A DNA stretch of 64,000 nt from an uncultured Spirochaetota bacterium (GCA_963734495.1 CAVTHK010000002.1:32001-96000); one strand, 5' to 3'; positions 20,332 to 33,211 are shown, numbered from the stretch's first letter. The notes: generated from the sequence alone by a model not told the origin. Numbers and translations are program-made.

Positions 20332-21981
20332 TCAGAACTTGGGAATCGGCCGCTTGTCGTAGCGCTCGAGGGCGCTCTGCATGATCTCGATCGCGCGCGC
20401 GACGCCCATGCTGTTGATCTTCTGGAGATACGCGTTGAAGTTCGCCAGCGGCTCGGCGCCGACGATGAACTTGGCCAGCATCTCGTCGCGATAGGTGCCG
20501 ATCTCGCTCATCAGGGACGCCATCTCGCGGGACTGCTCCACCGTCGGAGTGACGGAGGGAAGCACGTGGCTGTGGTCGGCCGTAGCCTGCAGCATCTTGC
20601 CGCTCTGGGTCTGCGCATCCAGGGCCATCGTCTGCTCCCAGTAACGCGCGTCCTGGATCCACATGCGTCCGCTTCCGCCGTCGGGCGCGTACTTGCTGAG
20701 CGCGTTGACGGTCCCAAGGCCCTCCGGGTTCTTCATGATGAGATCGGTGTACTTCGGGAACCCGTTGACCCAGTTATAGGTGAGGCCCACGATCCCGAAG
20801 TTCCCCAGATTGTGGCCGTCCTCGGTCCACCAGAAGTTGAGCCACTGCAAAGCTTCGTGCGGGTGCTTGCTCTTGGCGCTGACCGCGCCTCCCGAGCCCT
20901 GGAAGGCGCTGAACGCGCTGACGTCCATGTTGTAGCTCTTGCCGTCCTTGGCATAGGGCCAGGGCGCATCCATGAGCGTGAACTTGGGGTTATTCTTTTT
21001 CCCGAGGGGAGTAAAGCCGCCCATCTCGGAGTTCAGGCGTCCCCAGAAGCCCCCGACGCGGCCCTCGGCGACCATGCTGCGCACCGAGTTGTAGTCGCGG
21101 CTCACCCAGTCCTTGTCCATCAGGCCGTTCTTGTACCAGCGGTTCATGACCGTCAGGTACTCGAGGTACTGCGGCTCTGCTGCGCCGAAGTGGACCTTCC
21201 CGTCGACCTGGTAGAAGTTGTAGTCCATGCCCCAGGCGCCCATGAAGTTGCGGATGCCTTCGATGTTTTTGTACTGCGAGCCCGTGTTCAGGACCGCCCA
21301 GGGGATGATGTTCGCCCCTCGGGTCTTGAACGCGGCGAGGACCTTCTCGAAGTCATCGATGTTCTTGGGCATCTGCAGGTTCATTTCCTGCACCCAGTCG
21401 TAGCGAAGCTGCGGACCGTTGAAATAGCGCTCCCACTCCTCCGACTTGTCCTTGATCCACGTGCGGAGGAAAGGCACCACGTACAGGCTGCCGGCGTCCG
21501 TCACGACCTGTTTGCCGATGTCCGCGCGATTGTTGAGAAATTTCGCCAGGTCAGGCGCGTCCTTGGCAACCATGGGGTTGAGCTTCAGGATCACCTTGTC
21601 CGCGATCGCCTTCTCCGGACCGCCCGGGAACGCGTTGAGCCAATCCCAGGAGATAATGTCCGGAAGATCGCCCGATGCGATCATCAGGTTGAATGGCTCC
21701 TGGGCCTGGTTCTCCGGCACCTGGATCCACTTGATCTTGATTCCCGTGTACTTTTCCGCCTCCGCCCAAGCCGGGACATCCGCATGGCCGGCCCGAGTTG
21801 CCGCTGTCCTGGCCGAGAGTTGGCACCAGTAGCTGATCTCCATGCCGTCGGCGATCCAGTGCGGCTTGCCCGCCGGCTTCTGGGTGGCGGCGGCCGATTT
21901 CTCCTGGCCTCCCGCGGCCCACAGCAGCGCCGTGGACGCCAACAAGGCCAGAACCAGTGCGAAGGTGCAGAATTTCTTCAT
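20332..21981 (-). CDS. Carbohydrate ABC transporter extracellular solute-binding protein (LplA-like)
   Basis: Signal peptide then AAGGQEK; FNLMIASGDLPDI, RYDW...NLQMPK..DDF..VL.AFK, KFIVG.EPLANF. Confidence 0.9.
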   Translation of the reverse strand: MKKFCTFALVLALLASTALLWAAGGQEKSAAATQKPAGKPHWIADGMEISYWCQLSARTAATRAGHADVPAWAEAEKYTGIKIKWIQVPENQAQEPFNLMIASGDLPDIISWDWLNAFPGGPEKAIADKVILKLNPMVAKDAPDLAKFLNNRADIGKQVVTDAGSLYVVPFLRTWIKDKSEEWERYFNGPQLRYDWVQEMNLQMPKNIDDFEKVLAAFKTRGANIIPWAVLNTGSQYKNIEGIRNFMGAWGMDYNFYQVDGKVHFGAAEPQYLEYLTVMNRWYKNGLMDKDWVSRDYNSVRSMVAEGRVGGFWGRLNSEMGGFTPLGKKNNPKFTLMDAPWPYAKDGKSYNMDVSAFSAFQGSGGAVSAKSKHPHEALQWLNFWWTEDGHNLGNFGIVGLTYNWVNGFPKYTDLIMKNPEGLGTVNALSKYAPDGGSGRMWIQDARYWEQTMALDAQTQSGKMLQATADHSHVLPSVTPTVEQSREMASLMSEIGTYRDEMLAKFIVGAEPLANFNAYLQKINSMGVARAIEIMQSALERYDKRPIPKF

Positions 21982-22057
21982 GCAGCTACCTCCTTGCAGT
22001 TATCGCGCTGTCACGAGACCGACAGCAGGTCGTCCGGAGCGAGGCCTCCGCGACTTA

Positions 22058-22103
22058 GTGTTATAACACCCCAAATGCTCGCACGAGAGGCGACTGATGT
22101 CAA
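22058..22103 (-). promoter_or_regulatory. Perfect palindrome GTGTTATAACAC (operator) downstream of a TTGACA -35
   Basis: 12-bp perfect palindrome at 22058-22069; TTGACA on - at 22098-22103. Confidence 0.75.
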
Positions 22104-22153
22104 GCAAAAACAAGGCTCGCGTAAGGTCGCGGTTCGGCGGGCGCCGAGGCGCC

Positions 22154-22795
22154 TCACTCCCGGATGAGACCGGAGAAGTAGATGTGCTCGCGCATGGCCT
22201 TTTCGGCGACGTCGGGGTCGCGCGACGCGATGCCTTCCACGATCTGCATGTGAAGGTCCGCCGGGATCGGGACCCGGGCGAGCTTCTGGGTCCGCACCGA
22301 ACGCTGAAGGATCTGGAACAGGTTGATCCTGTGCAGGGCGCTCTCGAGCGAGGGCCGGCTGGTTGCCTGGGCGAGCGACAGGTGGAAGCGGTAGTGGCGC
22401 TGCCAGAACGTGTCCTCGTCCTCAGGGGCGCGGGACGTGGCGTCCAGCTCGCGGGCGTAGTAGCGGAGCTGGTTCTCCTGCTCGCGCGTGAGATGCTTTG
22501 CCAGAATCCGGACGACCTGGCACTCGACGGCCTCGCGCAGGGCGAACCGGTCGGCGATCGTGTCCTCCGTGAGCTGGATCACCTTTGACCCGAAGTAGGG
22601 GAACGACTCGACCAGCCCTTCGTCTTCGAGGCGGTGAAGCGCCTCGATCACCGGAATGATGCTGACGCCTGTCAGCTTGGCCATTTTGCGCCGGGAAAGC
22701 TTGGCGCCCGGAGGCAGCTCGCCGCGGATGATCTTGCGGCAGATGATGTCGTACGCCAGGTTCGCTGCGGTCGTAGGGGGCGAGGTGATGCTCAT
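22154..22795 (-). CDS. GntR family (FCD domain) transcriptional regulator
   Basis: IIRGELPPGAKLS..KMAKLTGVS..PV.EAL.RL..EGLV; FALREAVE, FH..LA and H..IVEGI..RD...AE.AMREHI. Confidence 0.92.
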   Translation of the reverse strand: MSITSPPTTAANLAYDIICRKIIRGELPPGAKLSRRKMAKLTGVSIIPVIEALHRLEDEGLVESFPYFGSKVIQLTEDTIADRFALREAVECQVVRILAKHLTREQENQLRYYARELDATSRAPEDEDTFWQRHYRFHLSLAQATSRPSLESALHRINLFQILQRSVRTQKLARVPIPADLHMQIVEGIASRDPDVAEKAMREHIYFSGLIRE

Positions 22796-22881
22796 GCAGG
22801 CTCTCCCGTGCCGGCAGGGCCAGCCGGCCTGTCGCAGCCTCTCCTTGTGAAACAGGCGCTGAAAAGGCGGTCGATCCACGA

Positions 22882-22911
22882 AGTGTAGACCGTTATAACA
22901 GGTGGCGTCAA
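22882..22911 (-). promoter_or_regulatory. gntR promoter with GTTATAAC operator inside the spacer (autoregulation)
   Basis: On -: TTGACG-ccaccTGTTATAACGgtc-TACACT. Confidence 0.7.
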
Positions 22912-23177
22912 GGATCCGCGGGCGCTTGCGCGAACGCTCACCGTTAAACAGCGACTTGCCCTGATACTTCCGTCTGATGCCCCATCGCATGCCCGGCGGC
23001 GGAAATTTTGACTTCCCGGGTCAGCGATGCTATACCGGATCGTCGCGAAAGCGGCTGCGCCAGGACGGGCCCTCCCCACCGACAGCCCCGCCGAGGACAG
23101 GGGGCGAAGGGGGCCGGGGACTTGGCGCGCCCCCGAGGACGAGGGGGTCCACGACACGCCAGGTGATAGGAGGATTC

Positions 23178-23885
23178 ATGGCCAAGAAACTCGACGCGAG
23201 CATACTGGAGAAGTACAAGGGGCTGCGGGTGACCGACGTCTGCGACGGCATGGACGCGCTCGGGATGCAGGACATCGGGCTGGTGGACCGCGAGATCCAT
23301 CCGCTCTGGCGCGACATCGAGAACTTCACGCATCGGGTGTACGGGCTCGCCCACACGGTGCGCTTCGTGCCCACCAACCGCAAGAAGCCCGACTACAAGC
23401 CCGAAGGCTTCGACGACTTCAAGAAGTGGGGCTACGGCCTGGCCAAGGGGCCCTTCACCGACCAGATCAAGAAGGGCGACATGATCGTCATCGACGGCGA
23501 GGAGATCGGGAGCGTGGGCTACATCGGCTCCAACAACGCGTTCAGCTGGATCGCCGCGGGCGCCGTCGGCGTGGTGACCAACGGCGGCTGCCGCGACACT
23601 GATGAGCTGATCAAGCAGAAGGTGCCCGTGTATTCGCGCTACATCAACCGGACGATCCGCCCCGGCCGGCTCGAACTGGACACCACCAACGTGCAGCTCA
23701 ACATCGGCGGAGCGCTCGTGCGCCCCGGCGATCTCGTGGTGGCCGACGGCGATGGCGTCGTCGTCGTTCCGGCGGAGGTGGCGGAGGAAGTGTGCAAGTG
23801 GGCCTGGCATGTCGCCAACGACGACAAGGAAGGACGCAAGAAGATCTACGAGAAGCTGGGCAGGCCGCTGGACTGGACGGTGTAG
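23178..23885 (+). CDS. RraA-like / HMG aldolase family protein
   Basis: LRVTDVCDGMD, GLAHTVRF, GDMIVID, GAVGVVTNGGCRD, VRPGDLVVADGDGVVVVP. Confidence 0.88.
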   Translation: MAKKLDASILEKYKGLRVTDVCDGMDALGMQDIGLVDREIHPLWRDIENFTHRVYGLAHTVRFVPTNRKKPDYKPEGFDDFKKWGYGLAKGPFTDQIKKGDMIVIDGEEIGSVGYIGSNNAFSWIAAGAVGVVTNGGCRDTDELIKQKVPVYSRYINRTIRPGRLELDTTNVQLNIGGALVRPGDLVVADGDGVVVVPAEVAEEVCKWAWHVANDDKEGRKKIYEKLGRPLDWTV

Positions 23886-23972
23886 AGGGTAACTGCGCGC
23901 GCCCGAGTCGGGCGGCCGGGAAGGACGAGCCTGGTGCGAGAGCACCGACCTGGTCGGATAGGAGGAGGAGTC

Positions 23973-25951
23973 ATGGCACGCACATTCTTGCGGATAGCGG
24001 CGCTTCTGGCGCTCGCACTCGTGGGCTCCGCCGTCTTGTTTGCCGGCGGGCAGCCGGACAAGCAGGGCGCGACGCCTTCGGCAGCCGCGGCCCCCGCGGC
24101 CAAGCCGGCGAAGTTCAAGGAGGCGCCCGAGCTGGCAGAGCTCGTCAAGGCGGGCAAGCTGCCTCCGGTGGAGCAGCGGCTGCCGGAGAACCCGGCGGTC
24201 GTCAAGCCGATCGAGCAGATCGGCGTCTACGGAGGCGCCTGGAAGTTCTTTATCGACAGCCAGAGCCGCCTCGTGGACGTCGGGGAGTTCACCGACATCG
24301 GCCTGCTGCGCTGGAAGCGCGACCAGAGCGGACCCGAGCCCTGCATGGCGGAAGGCTGGGAGGTCAAGGACGGCGGCAAGGAGTTCGTGATCAAGCTGCG
24401 AAAGGGCCTCAAGTGGTCGGACGGCCACCCCTTTACGGCCGACGACGTCGTCTTCTGGTGGGAAGACATCGTGATGAACAACGAGATCTACCCGATCAAG
24501 CCCTACTACATGTTCACCGCGACCCAGAAGCTCGGCACTGTGGTCAAGAACGACGATTATTCCGTGAGCTTCAAGTTCCCCGAGCCGCACGGCATGTTCA
24601 TCCTCTACCTGACAAAGGAGATCTGGACCTTCGCGCCCAAGCACTACGTGAGCCAGTTCCTGCCGAAGTACACGCCCAAGGAAAAGCTCGACGCAATGGC
24701 GAAGGAGAAGGGCTTCAAGACCTGGATCGATCTCCTGCGCTACAAGTTCAACACGTTCGGTCCGGGGGCGACGGGAGGCATGAACAACCCGGAGCTCCCG
24801 GTGATGTTCCCGTGGATTCCGACGCAGGAGCCGCCGAGCGAGAGGTTCATCTTCAAGCGCAACCCCTACTTCTACAAGGTCGACACCGACGGCAACCAGC
24901 TGCCGTACATCGACCAGGTGGACGTGCGCGTGGCGACTGCGGAGGTGATGAACCTCAAGATCATCGCCGGAGAGCCCAACTTCCAGGTCTCGCAGGCAGC
25001 AGGCCTTCCAGGAGATGCCGCTGTACATGCAGTACGCGGAAAAGAACGAGTACAACGTCTACCAGTGGGGCGACCTGCAGATCTCGGAGTGCGCGCTCTG
25101 GCCCAACCAGACGACGCCCGACCCCGTGGACCGGCAGATCTTCCGGGACGTCCGCTTCCGCCGCGCCCTGTCGGTGGCCATCAACCGGGAGAAGATCAAC
25201 AAGACCCTGTACATGGGACAGGGCAAGCCGACGGCCGCGACGTTGCCCCCGGTCGAGAGCAAGATCTACAAGGACTCCTACGCCACCGCCTACACCCAGT
25301 ACGACCCGGCGCAGGCCAACAAGTGGCTCGACGAAATGGGGCTGACGAAGCGCGACGCCGACGGATATCGGCTCAAGCCCGACGGCAAGCGCGCCGCGTT
25401 CGTCGTGGAGGTGCCCGCCCCGCGCCTCGGCATGATCGACAACCTGAACCTCATCAAGGACGACTACAAGGCGATCGGCATCGAGATCATCATCAAGCCC
25501 GAGGCCGAGAACCTGTGGAGCACGAGGAACACGGGCAACCAGTTCCAGATCGCCGGCTGGCCCATGGGCAAGTCCGCGACGGAGACGGACCTCGTCCCGA
25601 TCAACAACAACACGCGACTGGGGAGTCGCCTGGGGGATCTGGTACAACACCGGCGGCAAGCAGGGCGAGGAGCCGCCCGCGCAGATCAAGGAACTGCAGG
25701 CGGCCTGGAGCGAGATCCTCGCCAACACCGACGAGAAGGTTCAGCTGGCTGCCTACGCCAGGATCCTGCAGTCGAACGCCGACAACGTGTGGGTCATCGG
25801 CGTCGTCGGGCCGGTGCCCAAGCCGATCATCGTGAAGAAGTGGTTCCACAACGTGAAGAAGGACGGCGTGTGGAGCTACCACCACGGCAAGTTCATCGGC
25901 TGCACCGAAGTCTACCAGTGCTGGATCGAGAAGGCGCACCAGGGACAGTAG
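23973..25951 (+). CDS. ABC transporter substrate-binding protein, family 5 (frameshifts ~25005 and ~25620)
   Basis: EAPELAELVKAGKLPPVEQRLPENP, LRKGLKWSDGHPFTADDV.F, RNPYFYKVDTDGNQLPYID, FRRALSVAINR. Confidence 0.9.
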
Positions 25952-25961
25952 TCGTCGCTCA

Positions 25962-25989
25962 GCCCCGCGGGCCTCGAGGCCCGCGGGGC
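25962..25989. other. 28-bp perfect palindrome between the SBP and permease genes (likely mRNA stabiliser)
   Basis: GCCCCGCGGGCCTCGAGGCCCGCGGGGC. Confidence 0.55.
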
Positions 25990-26017
25990 CTCATCTCACG
26001 GACGGACGGATAACGCG

Positions 26018-27010
26018 ATGGTGCAGTACGTCCTGAAGCGCCTGCTCTTCTGATGGTTCCGATGCTCATCGTGATCTCGATGTTCGTCTTCGTGCTGATC
26101 CAGCTCCCGCCCGGGAGCTTCGTCGACAGCCTGGTCATGCAGCTCGCGGCGCAGGGCCAGGAGGTCAGCTCCGACGTCGTGCGCAGCCTCGAGACCCGCT
26201 ACGGGCTGGATCAGCCGATCTACGTCCAGTACTGGCGCTGGGTCTCCGGCTTTCCCCGCGGGGACTTCGGCGCCTCGTTTCTCTTCTGGGGAAAGCAGAC
26301 CTGGGACATCATCAAGGTCTACCTCGGGCTACACGATTCTCATCGCTCTGACCACCGAGCTGTTCATCCTCGCCGTCGGCATCCCGATCGGGATCTACTC
26401 GGCCACCCACCAGTATTCGTTCGGCGACCACCTCTTCACGTTCATCGGGTTCGCGGGCCTGTCGATCCCGGGCTTCCTGTTCGCCCTCATCATGATGTTC
26501 GTGGCCTACTTCGTGTTCGGCATCCCGTCGGTCGGCGGCCTGTTCTCCGACCGCTACCTCGACGCGCCCTGGAGCCTCGGCAAGCTCGTCGACCTGCTCT
26601 CGCACCTGTGGGTGCCGATCGTCGTGCTCGGGCTCGAGGGCACGGCCGGCACGATCCGGCGGATGCGGGGCAACCTCCTCGACGTGCTCAACATGCAGTA
26701 CGTGGCCACGGCGCGGGCCAAGGGCCTGGCCGAGCACACGGTCGTGTACAAGCACGCGGCGCGCAACGCGATCGCGCCGATCATCATGGCCCTCGGGCTC
26801 TGGTTCCCGCAGCTGCTCTCGGGTGCGACGATCGTATCCGTGGTGCTGTCGCTTCCGACTCTGGGGCCCGTGCTCCTGCGGGCGCTGCAGATGCAGGACA
26901 TGTACCTTGCGGGGACCATCCTCTTTTTTCAGTGCGGGATGCTGCTGATCGGCAACCTGATGGCCGATGTCGCCTTGGCCTGGCTCGACCCCAGGGTCGA
27001 GCTGGACTGA
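26018..27010 (+). CDS. Dpp/Opp-type ABC permease, DppB-like (frameshifts ~26050 and ~26330)
   Basis: MVQYVLKRLL, IQLPPG, YGLDQP...QY, MRGNLLDVL..QYV.TARAKGL, WLDPRV. Confidence 0.88.
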
Positions 27011-27023
27011 AGGAAGCCGACGG

Positions 27024-28154
27024 ATGGTCAACCTGCTGCGCCGGCGCAAGGCTCCCCCCGAAGCATCGCCCCAGCCCATGCGCGTGGGCCTCTCCCAGTG
27101 GGACCTGATGAAGCTGAAGTTCCGCAGGGACTCACTCGCGGTGATCTCGCTTTGGGTCGTCGCGGCCATCTATGTCCTGATCGCGTTCGCGGACTTCTTC
27201 TCGCCGTACCCGATCGGGAAGAAGGACGAGGACTACACCTACGCGCCGCCCATGCGGGTCCGCCTGTTCCACGAAGGCCGGCTCTCCGCTCCGTTCGTCT
27301 ACGGATACAAGTACGAGATCGACCGCAAGACGTATCTCCGCAAGTACGTCGCCGACACGAAGCAGCGCTACCCGCTCCGCCTCTTCGTGCGCGGCGAGCC
27401 CTACAAGCTGCTCGGGCTCATCCCGGCGCGCCTCCGTCTCTTCGGCACCATCGATGGCGGCGTGGTCTTTCTCCTCGGCACCGATCGCTTCGGGCAGGAC
27501 ATCTGGAGCCGCATCCTGGCGGGTTCCCGCGTCACGCTGACCGCGGGCCTTCTCGGGGTCGCGATCAGCGTCGTGCTCGGCTCGATCCTCGGGACGCTCT
27601 CCGGGTTCTACGGCGGGGCCATCGACAACGTCCTGCAGCGCGTCATCGAGTTCCTCCGCTCCTTTCCGCAGATCCCTCTCTGGCTCACGCTCGCCGCCGC
27701 GCTGCCTCCGACGTGGAGCTCGATCCGCATCTACTTCGGCATCGTCACGATCCTGGCGTTCCTCGGGTGGACCGGGCTCGCGCGCGAGGTGCGGGGTAAG
27801 GTGCTCACCATGCGGGGCGCGGAGTACGTGATGGCGGCGCGGGCCGGCGGGGGCTCGCACTGGTACATCATCACCCGGCACATGATGCCCAACGCGCTCA
27901 GCCACATCATCGTGGTGGCGACGCTCGCGGTCCCCGGCATGATCCTGGGCGAATCGAGCCTCAGCTTCCTCGGCCTCGGCATCCAGCAGCCGATGACCAG
28001 CCTCGGCGTCCTGCTGCAGGAGGCGCAGAACGTGCGGACGATCGTCAACTACCCCTGGCTGTTCACGCCCGCGGCAGTGATCATCGTCTCGATCCTGGCG
28101 TTCAATTTCCTGGGCGACGGGCTGCGCGACGCGGCCGACCCTTACTCCCACTGA
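27024..28154 (+). CDS. Dpp/Opp-type ABC permease, DppC-like
   Basis: LLGTDRFGQDIWSRI, ESSLSFLGLG, FNFLGDGLRDAADPY. Confidence 0.93.
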   Translation: MVNLLRRRKAPPEASPQPMRVGLSQWDLMKLKFRRDSLAVISLWVVAAIYVLIAFADFFSPYPIGKKDEDYTYAPPMRVRLFHEGRLSAPFVYGYKYEIDRKTYLRKYVADTKQRYPLRLFVRGEPYKLLGLIPARLRLFGTIDGGVVFLLGTDRFGQDIWSRILAGSRVTLTAGLLGVAISVVLGSILGTLSGFYGGAIDNVLQRVIEFLRSFPQIPLWLTLAAALPPTWSSIRIYFGIVTILAFLGWTGLAREVRGKVLTMRGAEYVMAARAGGGSHWYIITRHMMPNALSHIIVVATLAVPGMILGESSLSFLGLGIQQPMTSLGVLLQEAQNVRTIVNYPWLFTPAAVIIVSILAFNFLGDGLRDAADPYSH

Positions 28155-28164
28155 AGACGGCGGC

Positions 28165-29159
<995 letters not shown>

Positions 29160-29163
<4 letters not shown>

Positions 29164-30203
29164 GCGAGGCGATCCTCGAGGTCTCCGGTCTCAAGAAGCA
29201 CTTCCCGATCCGCAAAGGTCTCCTGCGCAGGACCGTCGGCCTTGTCCGGGCCGTCGACGGCGTGAGCTTCGACGTGCGGCAGGGGGAGACGCTCGGCATG
29301 GTCGGCGAGAGCGGCTGCGGCAAGACGACGACCGGCCGCTGCATCCTGCGGCTGTACGAGCCCACCGCGGGCGCGATCCGCTTCCGCATGGACGGCGATC
29401 TCGCGGACCTCGCGGGCCTCGACGAGCGGCGGATGAAGCGCGCGCGCCGCGAGCTGCAGATCGTGTTCCAGGACCCGTTTTCGTCGCTCGACCCGCGGAT
29501 GTCGGTGCGCGACATCATCGCGGAGCCGCTGCTGCTGCACGGCGTCGGCGACCGCAGGGAGCGGATCGAGCGCGTGGCCGCGCTCATGGAGCGCGTCGGG
29601 CTCGACGCCGCGCTCATGAACCGCTACCCGCACGAGTTCAGCGGCGGGCAGCGGCAGCGGATCGGCATCGCGCGCGCGCTGAGCCTCAGCCCGCGCCTCA
29701 TCGTCTGCGACGAGCCGGTCTCGGCGCTCGACGTGTCCGTGCAGGCGCAGGTGCTGAACCTGCTGATGGACCTGCAGGACGAGCTGGGCCTCACGTACCT
29801 GTTCATCGCCCACGACCTGTCCGTCGTCGAGTACATCAGCGACCGGATCGTGGTGATGTACCTCGGCCGCATCGTCGAGTCGGCAGCCTCCGACGAGATC
29901 TACCAGGCGCCGATGCATCCGTACACCGAGGCGCTGCTCGCGGCGATCCCGGTAGCTGACCCGCGCGCGCGCCGGGAGCGCAAGCCGCTGGAGGGCGGCG
30001 TGCCCAACCCGGCGGCGCCCCCGCCCGGCTGCCATTTCCACCCGCGCTGCCCCTATGCGCGGGACGTCTGCCGGGCGGAGGCGCCGCCGCTGCGCGCGCT
30101 CGGCGGCGCGCGCGCGGCCGCCTGCCACTTTGCCGGCGAGCTGACGCTGCGGGGCTTCGTGCCGCCGAAATCGAGCGGGCTCTACGGGGCGGCGCCGGCC
30201 TGA
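29160..30203 (+). CDS. Dpp/Opp-type ABC ATP-binding protein, DppF-like
   Basis: [40 protein letters not shown] overlap. Confidence 0.95.
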
Positions 30204-30228
30204 AGGTTCCGACCGAAAGGGGAGCGTG

Positions 30229-31981
30229 ATGGTGAAGACTCACGTCTGGGAAAAGCAGGAGATCGTGCTCGAGGCTGCAGGGCAGCTACGCGAACCCTTA
30301 CACCGACGTCGAGGTGTGGGTCGACCTTGAAGGACCCGGGTTCCGCAAGCGCTGCTGGGGCTTCTGGGACGGCGGGAGCACGTTCTGCGTCCGCGTGCTG
30401 GCCACGGCGCCCGGGAGCTGGAGCTGGAAGAGCGGCTCGAGCCCCGCGGACAAGGGGCTCGCGGGGCAGAAGGGCTCGTTCGAAGCGGACAGCTGGGGCG
30501 CAGAGGAGCTCGAGGCGAACCCCAACCGCCGCGGCTTCGTGATCGCCACGGCCAACGGCCACGGGCTGCAGTACTCCGACGGGACCCCCTTCTACCTGTT
30601 AGGCGACACGATGTGGGCGATCCCGACCTACCGCTTTCCGTGGTACGACGACGACCGCGAGCGCCCCGTCGGGCCCGGGATGGGCTTCAAGGACATCATC
30701 CGCTACCGCAAGCGGCAGCGGTTCAACAGCGTGGCGATCCTCGCCTGCTTCCCGAACTGGGACCGCGACGGCAAGCCTGCGCGCATCGTCACCGACGACG
30801 GCATCGTGATCCGCGCGGCCTGGCCTTCGCCCGACGGCAGCGCGAAGGACATGCCGAACGAAGGCGGCCGCGCCTTCCTGTTCCCTGGCAAGGTGCCGGG
30901 CTACGAGCTAGTCTTCCCCGACGTCGATCGGCTCAACCCCGAGTACTTCAGGTACCTCGATCGGAAGATGGACTTTCTGCACGAGCAGGGCTTCGTGCCG
31001 TTCCTCGAGATCGTGCGCCGCGACGCGACGCAGCCCTGGAAGCGGTACTACAAGTGGCCCGACTCGTACGCGCGCTACATCCAGTACGTGTTCTCGCGCT
31101 ACCAGGCGCACAACGTGGTCCTGAGCCCGATCCACTTCGACACGAAGAAGGACTCGCTCCCTCCCCGCGATTTCAACGAGCCATGCAACCTGGCGCACCG
31201 GAAGTACGGGCCGCCGCCCTTTGGCAACCTCGTGTCGACCAACGCGGGGCCGTCTACGCTCTCGCAGTTCGGCCACGTGAGCGACGACGCGCCGTGGCTC
31301 ACGCTGCACCAGATCGGCAACATGCGCGAGCACGACACCTACTGGTACCTCACGGAGATCTACCGCAAGGAGCCGCCGGTCCCGGCGCTCCACGGCGAGC
31401 CGTACTACTCGGGGTGGGGGACGCAGGTCGAGTACTACAAAGACTTCGCGATTGCGGGCAACACGCCGAAAGACGACCGCTACGTGCGCTCCGGCATGTA
31501 CGGGAGCTTCCTGTCGGGAGGGCTGGCCGGCTACATCTACGGCTGCACGGGCCTCGTGCGCGCGGACATCGAGCCCGAGGTGCCCACGAAGATCTGGGAC
31601 GGCCTGCAGTGGAGCAGCGCGAGGATGACGGCGATCTTCCGCGGCTTCGTCTTCTGCGAGGGCGCCCGCTACAAGGACCTCGAGCCGGACGCGGACCTCG
31701 TGTTGCCAAGTCGCAATCACGAGCTGCGCAGCTTCGACGGCTGGGCCTACTGCGCCCGCACGGCCGAGCGCGACCTCATCCTGCTGTACTTCGAGAAGGG
31801 CATCCGCGCCGGCACCGTCCGCGCGGCGCGCCACGACAGCCGGTACAAGGCCGACTGGTACGACGTGCGCACCGGTCGCTGGATCGACGCCGGGACGCTC
31901 GCCTCGGACGACCTCGAGATGATCCGGCTGCCTGCCAAACCCGACGACGAAGACTGGGCGCTGCGGCTCAAGCTGGTGTGA
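30229..31981 (+). CDS. DUF5060/DUF4038 (apiosidase-like) glycoside hydrolase family protein (frameshift ~30285)
   Basis: HVWEKQEIVL..ANPYTDV...GFWDGG, DGTPFYLLGDT.W, R..QRFN, NPEYFRYLD.K, PALHGEPYY, C-terminal DWALRL. Confidence 0.72.
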
Positions 31982-32025
31982 GGTGCGCCCGCCCGCGCCC
32001 GGGCGGGCGGCAGCCTTCCTTCAAT

Positions 32026-32805
32026 TTATTTTCCGGTGATCTCACCGATCGCCTTTTTCCAGGTCGACGCGAGGATGGCGACGTCGTGGCCGAGCTCGAC
32101 CATGCGGAAGCCCATCTCGGTGTAGTGCTTGTACTCTTTGGCGAACGGCTCGCCGAGGGGGAGCGAGACCCACTTGCTGCGCTTCGCGGCGATCTCGCAG
32201 ACGCGCTTCATCGCGTCCTGCACCTTGGCGTCGTTCTTGCGCGGCTCGCGATAACCGAGAGACATCGAGAAGTCCGACGGCCCGAAGAAGACGTAGTCGA
32301 GGCCGTCCATGGCGCAGATCTTGTCGAGGTCCTCGACGACCTCCTGGTTCTCGACCATGATGCCGACCATGAGCTCCGAGTCGCACCAGTCGACCCAGCT
32401 CTTGCCGCCTGACAGGCCCCAGCGGCCGGCCGGCGTGAACGTGTTGTAGCCGCGCACGCCCTTGGGGGCGAAGCGGGCGGCGCGCACGATGTCGCGCGCC
32501 TCCTCGTAGCTCGTGACGTCGCAGACCAGGATCGCGTCGGCGCCCGCCTGCAAGGCCTTGGAGATCAGGTAGGGCTGGCCCTTCTCCACGCGCACGAGCG
32601 CGGAGGTGCCGCCGATCTGGCAGCCGCGGATCATGTTCTCGAGCGCCTCATCGCGGCGCCACGAGTACTCCGTGTCGATGCGGACGAAATCCAGCCCGAC
32701 GTAGCCCGCGACCTCGCAGACGGCCGGGCTGAACGTGTCGAGGCACGTGCCGATGGCCACGCGGCCTTCCTTCAGCGTCTTCCTCAGCTTGTTCTGGCGT
32801 TCCAT
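32026..32805 (-). CDS. HpcH/HpaI class II aldolase family protein
   Basis: NKLRKTLKEG, GLDFVRIDTE, RFAPKGVRG, MVEN, DYVFFGPSDFSMSLG. Confidence 0.9.
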   Translation of the reverse strand: MERQNKLRKTLKEGRVAIGTCLDTFSPAVCEVAGYVGLDFVRIDTEYSWRRDEALENMIRGCQIGGTSALVRVEKGQPYLISKALQAGADAILVCDVTSYEEARDIVRAARFAPKGVRGYNTFTPAGRWGLSGGKSWVDWCDSELMVGIMVENQEVVEDLDKICAMDGLDYVFFGPSDFSMSLGYREPRKNDAKVQDAMKRVCEIAAKRSKWVSLPLGEPFAKEYKHYTEMGFRMVELGHDVAILASTWKKAIGEITGK

Positions 32806-32885
32806 GCTCTCTCCTGGAAACTGCGAATTTTGCATCCGACGCTTCTTTCGCGCGCGCTCGGCTATGCAACGGTCGAGCCGCGAAA

Positions 32886-32917
32886 GCGTTATAACACCCT
32901 TGGATGGGATAATCAAG
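32886..32917 (-). promoter_or_regulatory. Aldolase promoter whose -10 overlaps a GTTATAAC operator
   Basis: On -: TTGATT-17 bp-TATAAC; palindrome GCGTTATAACAC at 32886-32897. Confidence 0.7.
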
Positions 32918-33211
32918 GTGAAGAAGGAAGGCTGCTGCCCATGGTCAGCTGCGTTTCCCGTGGGCCCGGACGGGCCCGCCCGTCCGCGGCTGAAGCGATC
33001 GTCCGGCATGAGGGCGTCCACGGCTGTCTCGCCCGGCCGCAGCCCTGGATGGCAGCCGCCAGCTCCTCTCGGCGAAAGAGGCGGTGGCGGGTCAGGAAGG
33101 CCTCGGTCATGGTGTCCGATCTCCGTAACCTGCAACTATTCACACGTTTCGGAGATCGGAAGCAAGTGCCGCTCTTTGTCCTACGTGGCTGGCCGGACGC
33201 TTCCGCGGAAG

